Below are positions 38,756 through 53,432 of a stretch of DNA of 64,000 bases, piece by piece; position 1 is the first letter of the stretch; every line of letters begins with the position of its first letter. Made by a program: the position numbers and the translations under genes. Below the pieces are notes generated by a model. The model was not told the origin of the DNA, did no database searches, and saw only the letters and a program-made list of their open reading frames with translations. This DNA is from Adineta vaga (taxonomy: Eukaryota; Animalia; Rotifera), in contig CP075493.1 in the NCBI GenBank assembly GCA_021613535.1, forward strand, positions 16,864,001 through 16,928,000. Reading direction: 5' to 3'.

Positions 38756-41384
38756 TTCATAATTCATTGAACTGACATATTATTTTTCTCATTCTGAACG
38801 TGACTTTGACATTATTCTTTTTATGACAGACTTTCTTCAGTTATACAGCTTGTTCCATTTTTTTAATCGCTACTATTATATTAATCTCAAATAAATAAAT
38901 TATCATATTCGACGTAATAGAGGGTATTTAAATGTTTGTTTAACTCAATTAATAATTTCCTTTGATTGTATTGGTGCTTTTAATCCTAATAGTGAATGAT
39001 TAGTCATGCAATAACAGAAAGACATTCAAATACGAGATAATCTATAATACATTTCAATTGTCGACTCTTCTACGAGCGTCTCCTAAATGTTAGATACCTC
39101 AAAATGCCTGCTGATTCTTTAATTAAGGCAGGTTCAAATGTGTGAATGAGGCCAGAAGCTGATTTTTCTAAACGATACATAAAGAAATACTCTAATATAA
39201 TTGCAAATTAAAGTACTTGCGAGTTAGAAATTTTTAAGTGATGAATACAAGTAAGTGAGCATGGGGTATTGCTGCTTTCGATCGGAATAGAAATAAACAT
39301 ATAAACCCAGAGTTGCCAACTCCAAATTTTCGAATGGGCTTTCTGAAAGTCTAAATGGAGTTCATTTGGGGTACATTCGTTTTTGATACGGGGTACATTA
39401 GTGAGGTACATCATTTATCCCCTGAAATAAAATATTTAAGAGAGAAATTCGATAAAATAATACTTTTTATGTAAAAAAGAACACAACATTTCACTATTTT
39501 TATAATTGACCTAGCTTTATTTTTCATTTCCTTTTAAAAAGAAGTATACTAGTTAATTCATAAGTTCAACATTAAAAACAATATAATTAATTGTGAACAA
39601 AAGCAAAAACTTCGGATTTACATCCGAACAATCTGTGTATTGGAAAATGGGAAAAAGAACATCCACTCTTTTTCGCTCGTATTTTTTCCTAAATCTTTGA
39701 TATCCTCCACATCAAAACTAGAGCGAGAAGCGAATATGCTACTGAAGATATAACTTATGAAGGCTGCTGTTATGGAATGAATGACTTAAAATCAACGAGT
39801 TTATGCTGATTAGTAAGCCATTATGGCTGCACTAATTCTTTTGAAAGGAAATAAATACAGTTATTCAAGAACCTGCTCTCTCTTTTAACAAAAAAAAGTA
39901 GTGTTGATAATATGAGAAACAAACAAATATCAGACTAACACATTATCAAGATACATGAGTTTTTCGATACTGTGATACAGAGGAAATCTTGTGAGCGACC
40001 TGTATAACCCTATAATTCAGCATCATTTCGCAGCCCTTGAAATTCTCCATCTAGTGGTAGATGGTAATTGAAATTTTGTTTTGATTATGATAATTCTTTT
40101 CTTTTAAGAAAATTAAAAAAAATTAGAATAGGTCACTGTTTACATAGAAAAATAAGAATATTTTTACCCTCACTCAGATAATCCTTAACGGATGGTTCTC
40201 ATCTTTGAACTGGCTTGAGATATTGATGAGATCGTTCTATGTACTAAATTTCATGACGATCGAATGAGTCTTTCAAAAACTATCGCGTTAACGGACGGAT
40301 GGATATATTGACCGATTCTAGAGTATACTCACTTTTTGGTACACAAAAATGATGAAATAATGACGCATGAAAAAGAAAAAGAAGAAGAATCGATTAAAGT
40401 TTATTTTATCGTTTCGATAGTGAAAATACAATGTAAAGCATTAATTCAGGACGAAATCAAGATATATGGTAATATATATTGATCATTTCTTTACAAATAC
40501 TAGGTATCTCATAGATAAGTAAATCATTTCATTAACTAACGAATTCTAATTGGAAGAGTGACTTTTCTAAAATAAAGGCATTAGAAAGCCGTTAGAAATA
40601 CCTTATTGGTCTGTTGCCAGAGACTGAACGAGCACAGCAAGTACAAGTAAAACTACTTGCACTTTAAAAGTTGTATTTGGGACTTTTACTCAGATACATT
40701 TGCACTCAAAAGAACAATATCATGGACCATTATAATGAAAGCATACAGTATAATCATCTACAGAGATCTTTGTAAGATATTTATATTTATTATCTGATAT
40801 TGCTCTCGATTGTATCATACATTGGCGGGACGACGGTTTCTATCTTTCGTCTCGTCCTGCGTTCAGTCTTCATTAATCATTTTTCAGCGTTTTATTTTCA
40901 AATAGTAAACACATAGATAATATTTGTTTTCTATATCAGTGTTATTACAATAAAACTTTACTGATTATTTTCATCGTAAAATGTTTCGCACAATTACAAA
41001 AGAATTAACTAGAAAAGTTCAATTTCTGTTGACAAAAAGATAACTATTCAGTTGGATTCATCGAATAAATAATATATTATCTTTTTGAGATGGAGAGAGA
41101 TTGATTCAACGTCTAGTTACTCTTTGTTCACCACAACTAAAACTGCGTTCAACTGAAGCTGTCGTTGCAGGCATGGAATGAAGACAAACAAAACTATTCT
41201 TTCTTTTTGAAGAACAATAGTGAAAGAATTCCACCCAATTTTTATATAAGCATTAAGAAAAAAAGGAACACTCACATATTGTAGATAAGGAACAGCGATT
41301 ACAATTAATTGCATAGAATTTGTCTAAAAAGATATCGCTTTTCACACCGTTTTAGGTTTCTCCTATAGATGATGTTACCCTACT

Positions 41385-41494
41385 TTGTAAAAAATAAACG
41401 TAGAATACAGAACCCTTCACAAGGGTTTATTAGTTACTTATATCCTTTCACAAACCCTTTTGAAGGGTTCTGTATTCTACGTTTATTTTTTACA
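41385..41494. repeat. Short hairpin MITE
   Basis: tgtaaaaaataaacgtagaatacagaacccttca / tgaagggttctgtattctacgtttattttttaca. Confidence 0.85.
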
Positions 41495-41872
41495 GTGTAT
41501 AGTATATATATATATATATACATATATAAAGGGTGGGTGTGGGTATATCTTCTTCACTCACATCTACACCCTCAAGATGGTATTTACGTAGCTATCATTT
41601 CGGCATCCTGCTATTTGTATTATTAACATCTATGCACACCCGATGAAAAAAGACAAACACTATACATCTAGCAAGAGGAAAAATCAAACTCTGTGCCTTT
41701 TATTCATTGGACAAGCTTTTACGAATACTTTTTCATATATACGAGAAGCAAATAATGACAAAGATACAGTTGATCAGTCACATACTCGTGATCGGTTTAT
41801 TTCAGCTTTATATTAGTCTATCTACATCACTATCTTCATTACTACTGAAGGTAATACACATAAAAAAATAAT

Positions 41873-44800
41873 ATGAGCGAAGCGCAGCCTCTGTTAAGTC
41901 GAACCAATAAGCAGTTTAGCAGGGATGACAATAATCACAGTGATCATCAGCTTTCAGCCAATGGGTAAGATTAAATAGAGAATTAACTTCGTGACAGATA
42001 TCATGAATTTACGATTCTTTGTAGTTTTACTGATTGGCGTCGGTGTTTCAGTGGTACAGAATCTGATAACAAAAGTAGAAAAGATGATACTGAACCTGAC
42101 GCTAACGATACAATGATTGGTGTTTTCCATTTAGTAAGTACATTTGGACGAAATACTTTCTTATTAGTCCAATTGATTTATCTGTAGTTTCGATTTGCAA
42201 ATCGCATTGATCGTTTCTTGATGTTTATGGCGGTGTGTGGTATTATGGTAGCCGCTGTTGGAATTCTCGTTACTTTCTTTCTTTTCGGTCGAGTCATGGG
42301 AATTTTTGCTACTGAATCATTTAGTGTTGATTGTCAACATGCACACCAAAATTCGACGTCAATCATAGATTATATAACTTTATTGTCAACACCAGCTACC
42401 CCAAGGTCGTCATTTCGAATCAAAGTTATGACCATAGTTCATTGGTTATTAAGTAAGCCAAATAAATGTAATGATTTAATTTAGCAGAATAATAATATTT
42501 GCTTTTCTCCTACGTACATATAGTTATTGGTATTGTCAAGGTTTTATGCTTTTTCTTGGCATATTTCATTTGGACAATCGCTTTGAAACGACAGATAAGT
42601 CGTATGAGTATTTACCTCTTTCGGTCGCTTTTACAACGTGTAAGTCAAACATTATTTTCCACATACAAAAATTTATTCTATAAGCTCAGTCAAAAGATGA
42701 CCCAGGATGATTGTTACTCTCAGTATTTTTGGAATATCTTTTCCAAATCTCAATGTGTAGACCTGTACTTTGTGAAACACGATCTGAAAGAGAGTGTTGA
42801 AGTGTTTAAGGGTAGAAACCTGGATCCGTCCCGTCTCCCCTCCCCCACAGTAGTCACCGACAGCCTGACAACCCCATCACAACGTTATCGGCAGACACAA
42901 TGAGCTCATGTTGAAGGTGCGGACGCGGTTGAGGTTAGCTTATTTACACTTCAAGCTTACCTACACTCACCTTCATTCACTTACACTCTCTATTCATTTA
43001 TCTATGAAAATAATCACAGATAATTCAGATTTTGGCAATAATGCAAACGCAGATCAATTATCGATCAGAGATCTCCGTTCCAATACTAGAAAACAGAGTT
43101 ATCGTGTTTCACATTTTTAATCTCGCAAGGAATTGCGCTGAAAGCTTTTTTTTATAAGATTCGTCTTTAAATGCTCTACGAAAGCGGTTTTTATATTAAC
43201 GTCGATAACAACCGTTAATTTTTGACAAGTGATGAGGAGCTACCAGGATTTATTTATTTCATATGGATTTATTCTCAGACTCATCCTCAGCCTACACCCT
43301 CACTTATACTTCTATCCCACACCCTTAGCCTGCACCCTTACCTAACACCCTTGCCAACTTTCGAGATGAGATTGAATTCTCTTCTGCAACCGATTTTTCA
43401 CCTTTTCGATTGCTCTTCTCGTTCGAATAATAATTGGCTATCCTGGTGGACTCGAGAGTTGTAAAAAAGCCCGTGTCATGGATAATTTTGCACCACCTTT
43501 TAATTGTAAGAAGACAGAGAGCATCACTAAGATCACGAAATATTTTCGTTGGACACACGCCTTTTTTGTACTTTGAAAAAAACGAACAAAATTTGATCAA
43601 GATGTCGTAGAAATACTGAGGGTAACATTTATCCTGGGTCACCCGTTATAAACTCAAATATATCTAAAAAAGTCGCCATTCTTTCGCATTAAACTTTTTT
43701 CAAACGTGTGATCAAAACATAATTGTTTTGAAATTTCATATCCATTTATTATCATTATTTTTTCGCGAAAAACTCTATTTAAATATGTAATAGCTTTATT
43801 GTAATGCAGGTAATGACATTCATTATTCATATGATTAAGAAGTAGAAAGATTTTGTGCCGTATGGTAGAAATCAAATTTTCCCTTTCATTCTCTAGAACA
43901 TGTCGTATTTGGATACAAATCCAACTAGTCAATTCAGTACTAAATTATTTGAGTGAGTTATCGAGGTATTTTTTGTCTCGCAATCTATCTAATTCAATAC
44001 TGTTGTAGCAATATTGCAATTATTGAGCAAGGTATTGGTTTTGAATTTTTAATGCTAATTGAAATGGCTTTCGGGATCATCGGTGACATAATCTTATGTT
44101 TCGTTGTCAACTGGCAATTGACTTTGATCATGATATCCATTGTACCTGTTGTAATTACTAGTTCATTCATTTTTTCTAAGGTATGAATTATCATTATTCA
44201 TTCAATTGATCTTGTATGATTTGTTGCAGCTTATCGCTCGCGAAGCAATGAACGTGTCAGAAACACACGCAAAAGCCACACAAATCGTTCAAGAAGTATT
44301 CAGTTCTATTCGAACTGTTCTTTCATTCAATGGCAGTAAATTTGAGCAGAAACGGTAAAAAATAGATAGAAATTGGTTAACTATAAAATATGTTGCTCTC
44401 TATATTAAATTTAGATACGAAAGAGAGCTGCATCCAACTCGATGGAATAGTATTCGACAAGGTGCCATATATGGCGTTTTTGTCGGTTGCATGTCGCTTA
44501 TAACATATCTTGTTTATTCAGTTGGTTTCATCTCTGGTTCTCTTCTGATGTATCATGGAATTCATAATAAATTGAGTATCAGTGATATGATTGTCGTAAG
44601 TAATGCATGTCGTAAGTCAATAAGGAAATAGTTACATGATTGCTATTTTAATACAGATTGTCTATATATTTGTGCAAGACATCTCTTGCTTCGATTTTAT
44701 TGGTCCCTTCTTGCAATCATTTTCAGAAGCTCGAGGTGCAGCAGTATCAGTATTTCGACTGATTGACGAGGTAAATATGAGTAAATAAAGGTCTTGCATT

Positions 44801-47800
44801 GACTAAAACATCTCTTCTTTGTTTACTTTACAAAGGCTCAAGACGCAAGTGTGAATGAGAGGGATGTATGGGAGAAGACTGCATCAGATGAACAATCAAC
44901 TTATCATGTCGACGGTGACATTGAATTTGCTAATGTCAACTTTATATATCCATCTCGAAAAGATACGCCAGTTCTGCGTGATCTCTCTCTAATTGCTCGT
45001 ACAGGTCAGACAACCGCTCTCGTTGGTCCAAGTGGATGTGGTAAATCTCTATATATAAAGAAGAATGTTTGTCTTTTCTTTGTATAGTTGTTCACTCTGA
45101 TAGCCAGCGTCACCAACCTTTCTCTGGTACTCCTCTAGGCCAAGAGGAAGATCGAGAAAAGGTTGGCACGACTGAAGCGAGTGGGAGTTAGATGAAATTG
45201 CACCTAGTTAAAAAAATTGTAACTGTTACCGATTTTTCAGAAACTTTGGAAAATTATGTAGTATTTTCAGAGTATTCATCTACTAATAACTTTTCGCGTT
45301 GGGTGTGGATCTGGCGCATAGAAATGCGCATAAGTAAAAAGAAAGACACTCACTTTCAACTGCCTAGTTGGGTTCTTAACCTAGAGATGGAGTGAAGTTG
45401 AATTAGTCTGGACTAGAGTTCGAATGAGATTTTTAAAATCGACACAGATTTAGAGCGAAGTCGGTGTAGTACATAATCGGAATAGTCAATCTCTGGTACG
45501 CACACCGGGACATGTTATCATGATAGATGGACAAATTTCAAGTACGTCTCCGTCTATATCTCTTGTCGCTTTCTATCATGTGAAATTTTCAGTAAGAAAG
45601 TTTCGTGACCAACATCGGGTACTTTCACTATTTTTTTCTAAAATAAAGATGTTTGTTATTTAGTTCATTGGTTTCTATATTTCATTCATAGGAAAGAGCA
45701 CATGTATGTCACTTCTTCTTCGTCACTATGACACTTCATCTGGTCGAATTACTATAAATGGTCGATCGATTGCAGACTACAATCTCAACCAACTTCGACA
45801 AAGCATTGGAGTTGTTAGTCAAGAACCAGTATGTTTATATTTTCTTTTAATGCCTCTTTCTCTCTCGCTACCACAATACTGCGATAGGTTTTGTTTGGTA
45901 TGAGCATTTATGAAAACATTCGTTTTGGTAGAATAAATGCAACAAGAGCAGAAATTGAAGAAGCAGCTCAACAAGCAAATGCCCATAATTTCATCATGCA
46001 ACTGCCTGATGTTTGCAATTAATATATATTTATCTTTATCTATAAATATATAATATTATTATTGTTTAGAAATATGAAACATCGGTTGGTGAATGTGGTG
46101 TACAATTGAGCGGTGGTGAAAAACAACGTATAGCATTAGCTCGTGCTCTTCTTAAACAGCCTACATTACTCCTATTGGATGAAGCAACAAGCTCACTTGA
46201 TACTATTAGCGAAAATATTGTCCAAGAAGCACTCGATCGAGCATGCAAAGGTAGAAAATTTCTTTCTTCAATTAACTTACTGATATATGACTGTTTGTAG
46301 GTCGTACTACTATTGTAATTGCTCATCGTTTAACTACGATTCAAAATGCTAATTACGTATATGTACTAGACAATGGTGGTGTTATTGAACAAGGCACACA
46401 TAATACATTGATGACTAAAGAAGGTGGTAAATATCAAGATATGGTTAAAAGACAACAGATAGGGAGAATAAATGCTACTAAAGATGACACATTGAATATG
46501 GAAAAGGTGATAGAAGAAGATAAAGAACAAATATGTATGTTGACATAACAGTAATAATCTTGATCTGTTCTAAGTTCTTTTTCTTAAATAGTGGAAAGGT
46601 CTCGTTTATTCAGCGACAGTCGAGCTGTGAATACAGATCACGTATAAATATGTCTCCAATTATTTTTCTAAATCTTTATCAATAATTGTTTTTCTAGAAA
46701 AATCCAACATTATCAAGTCGGCAATCCATTTTTACAAGAGTCTTGTCGATGAACAGTCCAGAATGGATCACTATCTTAATCGGCTGTATAGCTTGTCTAA
46801 TAATTGGAGCTGTTCAACCAATTTTTGCAGTTCTACTTACCAAGATGCTTAGCGTGAGTGATGCGTTTATATAAACATCGTTGAAAAACGATAGCGATTA
46901 TATATCTTTTAACGTCATCTTATTTATTATAAAGGCATTCAACGATTGTGTAAACCCTATAATACATCGTCAAGTATGGATTTCCAGTTTATACTTTTTA
47001 CTTTTGGGTATTGCTGTATGGTTTCTTCATTTTCTACAGGTAAGAATATTTATTCGAAACTTGATAGATAATCTTTTTACTTTTTTGTACAGTTTACGGC
47101 TTTTTCGATATCAGGAGCTAAATTAACTGAACGTATTCGTTTAAAAGCTTTTTCATGTCTTCTTCGCCAGGAAATTGCTTATTTCGATCGATCTGAAAAT
47201 AGTTGTGGTGCAATTTGTGCTCTTCTTTCTTCTAACGCGTCAGTCATCCAAGAAATAAGTGGTACAAGATTAGCAGTCATCTGTGAAGCTTTCGCACTGG
47301 TTTGCTTTGGTCTTATTTTTGGCTTTTATTTAAATTGGCATTTAATTATAATCAGTTTCATTCCTATTTTTATATTTGCTATTATAAGCTACCTACAGAT
47401 ACGCTCAGCTTCATGGTTGAAAGAACAATCTGATATTATTTTCGGACGTGCAAGCTCGGTAAGATCAGGTTTTTGCTTTAAAAAGAATTAATTTATCATG
47501 TACTGTTTAATAAACCGACCGCTCTAAATGCATTTTATCTTTCCGCTCATAGTTTGCTATTGAAGTCATTCACAATATGCGTACAGTAAAACAGTTATCA
47601 GTAGAAAAAGAAGTTTTACAACGATATTCACAATTCATTTATCAAATGTTTTCGTTAGTCTCTCGAATATTATTCTTAAATAAATCTTCAGTCAAATTTG
47701 TTTTTTTATAGAATTTCTTGGAAACCTACTCTACTATCTGCACTGACATATAGTTTTCTTTGTTCAATGGATTCGTTTATTATTGCACTGCTATGTTGGT

Positions 47801-49293
47801 GGGCTGTTAATCTCATTGAAAAGAATGAACTAGCGTTGAAAGATAGTATAATGTACTTCAGACGACAGCTGATAATCTGTATACAATGTTTTGTTGTGTT
47901 TCTATCTTCCTAGGGTTTTTGCTTTTGCTATTTTCTCGACACAATCACTACAAATCGTCGGAATGCTGTGAGATTATCACTTTCTCATTCGTCCTCAATT
48001 CTGTTGCCTTTCTTTTAGGTCTCAACGTATTGGTGCATCCTTAATGGCTGCTAAGAATTTTTTTGATTTATTCGATCGAACACCAACTATTGATAATTCT
48101 TCCATAAAAGGGCAAGAGTTGGTAAGAAAACGTTAGAGGGAAATTATTTTCTTTGTTTGTGCATTTACATTTGACATATAAAATGGATCATTTAGGACGA
48201 TTTTCGTGGTAGTATAGAATTCGATCAAGTCGAATTTGCCTATCCAGCTCGACCGACACATATTGTTCTTAACAAACTTCACTTGAATATCAAACCAGGT
48301 TAGAAAAAAAGTTCTCCCTTAAACCAATAGTTTTTCTTATTTTATTTCCTGATAAGGTCAACGTATAGCACTTGTTGGTATGTTTGAATAAGATTACACC
48401 TTTTAATCATTAATTACCCAACATAATCTATTTAGGTATATCTGGATGTGGAAAATCAACTATTATCCAATTGTTAGAGCGTTTCTATGATGCCACACAT
48501 GGTAAACTGGTTAGTATTTATCCGAATACAGTTTAAGTAATCATATGGAGGCTGTCAATTTTATTTAGCTTCTTGATGGTATTGATATTCGTGAATTGAA
48601 TATACAATGGATTCGTTCTTCTTTCGGTCTTGTCAGTCAAGAGCCAATTTTATTCGATCTAACAATTTCTGAAAATATAGCATATGGATTAGAAAATGTG
48701 CCAATGGAAGATATTATTAATGCCGCAGCTAAAGCCAACATACATGATTTTATTCAACAATTGCCTCAGGTAAGACAATATAAGATATCATTAGATGTCT
48801 AAAAATATTATTGTGTGATATGTTTAGGGCTATGAAACAAAAGTAGGGATGAAGGGTAGTTTTTTGTCAGGTGGTGAAAAACAACGTATTGCCATTGCTC
48901 GAGTTCTTCTTCGTCGACCCAAAGTATTGCTTTTAGATGAAGCCACAAGCGCCATGGATTCGCACAATGAACAAGTAAGTTGAATGTCCTGTTTATTTAT
49001 GAAGGTTTAAGGATGACACTTTATGTTTATTTTACTTCGAAATAGTAAAAATTAAGTACTAGCCTTACGAAGATTTTTTTCAATTATAGATTATACAACA
49101 AGCTCTTGAACATGCTCAAACAGAAGATCCTAGTCGAACATCACTTATTATTGCTCATCGTCTTTCAACTATTCAGTCATGTGATTTAATTTGTGTGCTT
49201 GATAAGGGACGTATCTTGGAAACGGGTACTCACACAGAATTGATTGAACAACGTGGAGCTTATTACAGAATGCTTGCTCAAGATAATTTATAA
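41873..49293 (+). CDS. Full-length ABCB (P-glycoprotein/MDR-type) ABC exporter, many exons
   Basis: ATG at 41873, LFRFANRID in exons 2/3. NBD1: GPSGCG|[30 protein letters not shown]2: [31 protein letters not shown]. Stop TAA at 49291-49293; short GT-AG introns throughout. Confidence 0.9.
42681..43648 (-). mobile_element. Degenerate Tc1/mariner element in an ABCB intron
   Basis: Inverted ends tgacccaggat..tgttac.ctcagtattt (about 42698 and 43611-43641); frameshifted HTH-like text [31 protein letters not shown]. Confidence 0.65.
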
Positions 49294-49775
49294 TACTATC
49301 AACTGAACTATTTTGAAAAAGCAAAAAAATATATTGTCCAACATTTAGTAGAACTTTACCTAAATGGTCTGTCAAAAGATATATAGAAATAAATTACAAC
49401 TTTATTTTGTCTTTATACTATATGTAAAAGTGTAGTATCTCGAGTTTCTCTTTATCAATCCCCATGTTTTTCTTGCGTATCAGACTCCTCTTACTAGTCC
49501 TCACTACTACACAGAATGATTCAGGAGTTTATGTCTGACAGATCGTGAGATTTTATACGAGCAAAGTTTAAAAGACTGAATTTTATTGTCGCTCATTAAC
49601 TCTCTCACTATGGATAATCCAGATATAAGGTATATAAGTTTTCCGATGTATTAAAATTCATAGAATCATATTTGCCATGTTTCTTGAACGCATACAACAG
49701 GCTCTCGTTAGTTTGTTCTTTGTCACAGGTTCTTGTACTTTAATAATCAACACTGCATAACAAATAGCATACCAC

Positions 49776-49960
49776 TAGAGATAGGCGCGGTTCGTTCTTT
49801 TCGAAATTTAAACCGAACCGAACGTAAACTGAGAGAAATTTGACGAACGTTGAAAAGGACAAAACCTAATTGATGAATTCCAAAACCCAACCGAATCAAA
49901 ACCGATATTATTTTTAAAATCTCAGCCTGAACCGACTAAACCAAACCGATTCCGAAATGT
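49776..49960 (+). mobile_element. Probable hAT-like transposon end
   Basis: tagagataggc terminus followed by many aaccga motifs; partner end not found. Confidence 0.4.
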
Positions 49961-52581
49961 TTTTAAAGTTCTATTAGTGATAAATAAAATCATTTAACAT
50001 CTATTTCAAATTCGATGGTGTTATTTATAACATTAACTTCGATTGTAAATAGATCCAAGTTTTCTTCAATTCGTATTGGTTTTTATCTCATTCATATTCG
50101 AAATAGTCATGTTCATGTCAATATAAATATATCGCGCAAAAGACAAATAACGAAGTACATAAACATATAAACGCAAAAACAGAATAACAGTAGCGTATTT
50201 CAAAAGATCTAAGAAATATGAATATCGATCGTTTTCGTCTGCTTTAGATATTCGTTTTATTATATTTATTAAATAACTTTGAAAAACTAAATCTATACCT
50301 AAGTTATAATTGGTTTAGGCTTCATACAGATTACACGATAAAAACAAACGTAGAAAAATATACCTTTAAAACGTTTATAAACGTGCAACGTATAACAAAC
50401 CCTTTTCCTCCGTTTATTAGATTTCCATAAAGCGTTAAATGAAGGATTCAAAAAGAGAATATGGAAACATTCATGAGCATAAAAATATCACAGATGTAGG
50501 GTTTCTTAAAGGGATTATTATATGTTGGAATTTCAAAAACCCATTATAACCGTTTATACATCAAATAGACCGTATATTAAAGTCCTCAAACAATCCAATC
50601 GGAAGGACATATGAAGACGAAATACCCTATCATGTTGTTGAGATAACCATATATGAAAAAGTTTATCAGCACAACAGCAGCAACTCTAAAAAGGATTTAT
50701 AAAGACATAGAGTATAAAGTATATTAGCCGTAAATATTCGTCGTCCGGTAGATGATTAAGTTGAAGAGTCGATGATTTCGGATGAAAAATACTAATGAAG
50801 GTACATGAAGTGGTAGAATCGAAGATAAGTTCAAGTCACAAATATCGATGAGAGAAGGGTGTGGGTGAGTGTTGATGGATGCAAGTCATTGTCTCTATAT
50901 TCACTCACACTCTCAAATAAACATATCGATGTTCATCAAACATTATTTTTTAAATAAGAAGAAAAATTTGATCAAGATTAGTCTCTGTTTTTGTTGACAG
51001 AACTCTTCCGAAGAATTGATCAATCATTTCATTGAAAATAAAGAATATATAAGTATTTCAAGAGTAATTAAAATATCTTTATTATGAATATTATTGATTC
51101 CAAAAATAGTTATTAATAAGAACCGAATGATTACATATGATAAAATAAATGTAAATGTCTAATTAAACGAATTCTTTACAACAAGATTTATTCATAGATT
51201 TCACTTTTGACTTCTCAAAGAAGCGGTTTAAATTTCAATTTCATTTTTCTATTTGATCTAAATTTAGTTTATTAATTTCGAATTACGGAATTTGACATTA
51301 CATACAATCATTGTATAAAACCTTCGTAGAAAATTATTTTAAATGTGAAGATTCTAATGTAGCATATCTCTAACATAATTTTACATTTTATTTCTTAAAA
51401 ACTCTAAAATCTTGAAAAATAGTTTTTTTTTGAGAATTGAAACTTTAAAACAACATCTTGACCATTAGACCTATCTATACTTATTATCTTTGAATAATAT
51501 ATCTCGTGAATTCGTAAGTTTCTAAGTCGAACTGAAATATAGTATGACAATTGAAAACGTCTACGTCTTATAAGCTCTTATAGAAATATACCATTACATA
51601 AGAATATTTTAATGGAGATTATTTTCTGGATGAAACTGAGTGTACACTAAGGTTCACTAAATGCACACGTTTATGATAAAAAAACACATCAAATGAATGG
51701 AGTAGTAAAGAATATATTCAAAAGAGAGTAAATAAACGGAAGAATTCGTGTCAAATAACTGACTGGATTACAATATTGATGTTGAAATTTTTTCTTGAAA
51801 TCATCATTAAAACATAATAAATCTCCTTAACAAGGCATTAATTAATAAAGTCTTTCTATGATCATTTATAACTATGCTATTAATATAAAACATTTGTCGG
51901 ATACTTTAAAATCAAGACATTTTACTGAAGATGTAAAATGGGTGTAAAAAAATAAGATCGTTTACTCCAATCTTCAAATTAACGATTATTAAAAAAAATA
52001 CATAGACCATACATGTATATATATTTTTTTGTTTTTACTTTTGATTCATAGATTATATCCACGTGTATGAGGGAATAAAATCAATGGACGAAAAAGAACA
52101 GAAATAGTATGAGGAAATGTATTGACGCATTAATAAAGCAGAAACGAATAACATAAATAATATTTGTAATGTGGTCTTATACTGTACACCATGTGACAAA
52201 TGAAACGAAAAAATATATAATAAAATATGGTTATACACATAAAACAGGTATGATATAAAAATTAACGATTTGATTTCTCTAAATATCGCCAATGAATCTC
52301 ACATTAAGAAATTTAAATAATTTGATAAGAAATTTTATATCATCAAAACACATCATGGACTTTCCCCAATAGACATTTCATCCAGGTATTTTTCGCCAAC
52401 CATTGGGAATACATCACATGGATCTCGTCAATATACCATGGATTTCGGATAGTTTTTTGGACTTGAACTATCATCAAAATATGAAGAGAATAAATCTTTA
52501 TTAACTAGTCATATAGCAAATATTCGTTTATGCCGTGATCATGAACTTCATATATAATTTTAAATTTTGTTTACATCCCAA

Positions 52582-53136
52582 ATGCCTGTTATGACTTGTG
52601 CTGCTGCACTGCGATCTCAGACAACGGTACTTAATAAAGCAATATCGAAGCCTGTATCTCGTGCAAAGATTCGAAAACATCAAGAAAAACAAAACAAACG
52701 ACTAATTACACAAGTACCTACAAGTGATCTTCAAACGATAATGTGTTTCGCTGTTGATCAACAACCTTTAACTACACGAGTTGAATCCGCAGCACAAGTA
52801 GATGGTCCTAATGATGAAATAAACAAACAAGTAGAAGACGTTGATATGTCACTCAAAAGTTTGTTTTTTGAAAAACATTTCGCTTTGTCTACTATTGGTG
52901 CAGAGAAAATAACCGAACAAGATATGGAAAAACCAACATCATCTACTAAAGAACAACTAAAAGAAGGGGAGAGAGAGAGAAAGAGAAAGGCATGTGATGT
53001 TGTAACAGACGAAGCGAGTTATACGGTCTATAAGGAAAAAGGACGATTAAGAAAACAAAATATCAAAAGAAGCATGGAAAGAAGAATTTATTATGAGATG
53101 GACACGACAAAATATGTCAGGCAGCTGAAACCTTAA
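52582..53136 (+). CDS. Hypothetical charged protein, possibly TE-derived
   Basis: About 185 codons open in very AT-rich DNA; no recognisable domain. Confidence 0.3.
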   Translation: MPVMTCAAALRSQTTVLNKAISKPVSRAKIRKHQEKQNKRLITQVPTSDLQTIMCFAVDQQPLTTRVESAAQVDGPNDEINKQVEDVDMSLKSLFFEKHFALSTIGAEKITEQDMEKPTSSTKEQLKEGERERKRKACDVVTDEASYTVYKEKGRLRKQNIKRSMERRIYYEMDTTKYVRQLKP

Positions 53137-53200
53137 CACATAATGATTCCCGTCCTTCTATTAGGAATGACGGTATGAACACAGTAACCCTTTTTATCAA

Positions 53201-53432
53201 CTGGCGAATATAAAATGACTCTCGTTCATGGGCGAATGTCCACTGTAATTTCGCCAATGGTTCTCGGGACTTTCGTCAATTGGCGAAACTCCACTGTATT
53301 TTCGCCAATATAACTTATGGAATTTCGTCAATTGGCGAGAGTCCATTGCACTTTCGCCAACGTATTACGTGACTTTCGTCATTGGCGAATATCCAGTTGG
53401 CGAAAGTCTTATTGGCGAAATTCGGGAATCCC
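53201..53432. repeat. About 51 bp palindromic tandem units (tggcgaa...ttcgccaa...ttcgtcaat), likely transposon subterminal repeats
   Basis: Units start at about 53230, 53281, 53333 and 53383; the array ends in gggaatccc. Confidence 0.7.

Noticed and set aside
53201-53432. CRISPR-like array of palindromic repeats
   Set aside because: Units are degenerate, the variable parts are only about 12 bp, there are no cas genes and the context is eukaryotic; it fits transposon subterminal repeats.
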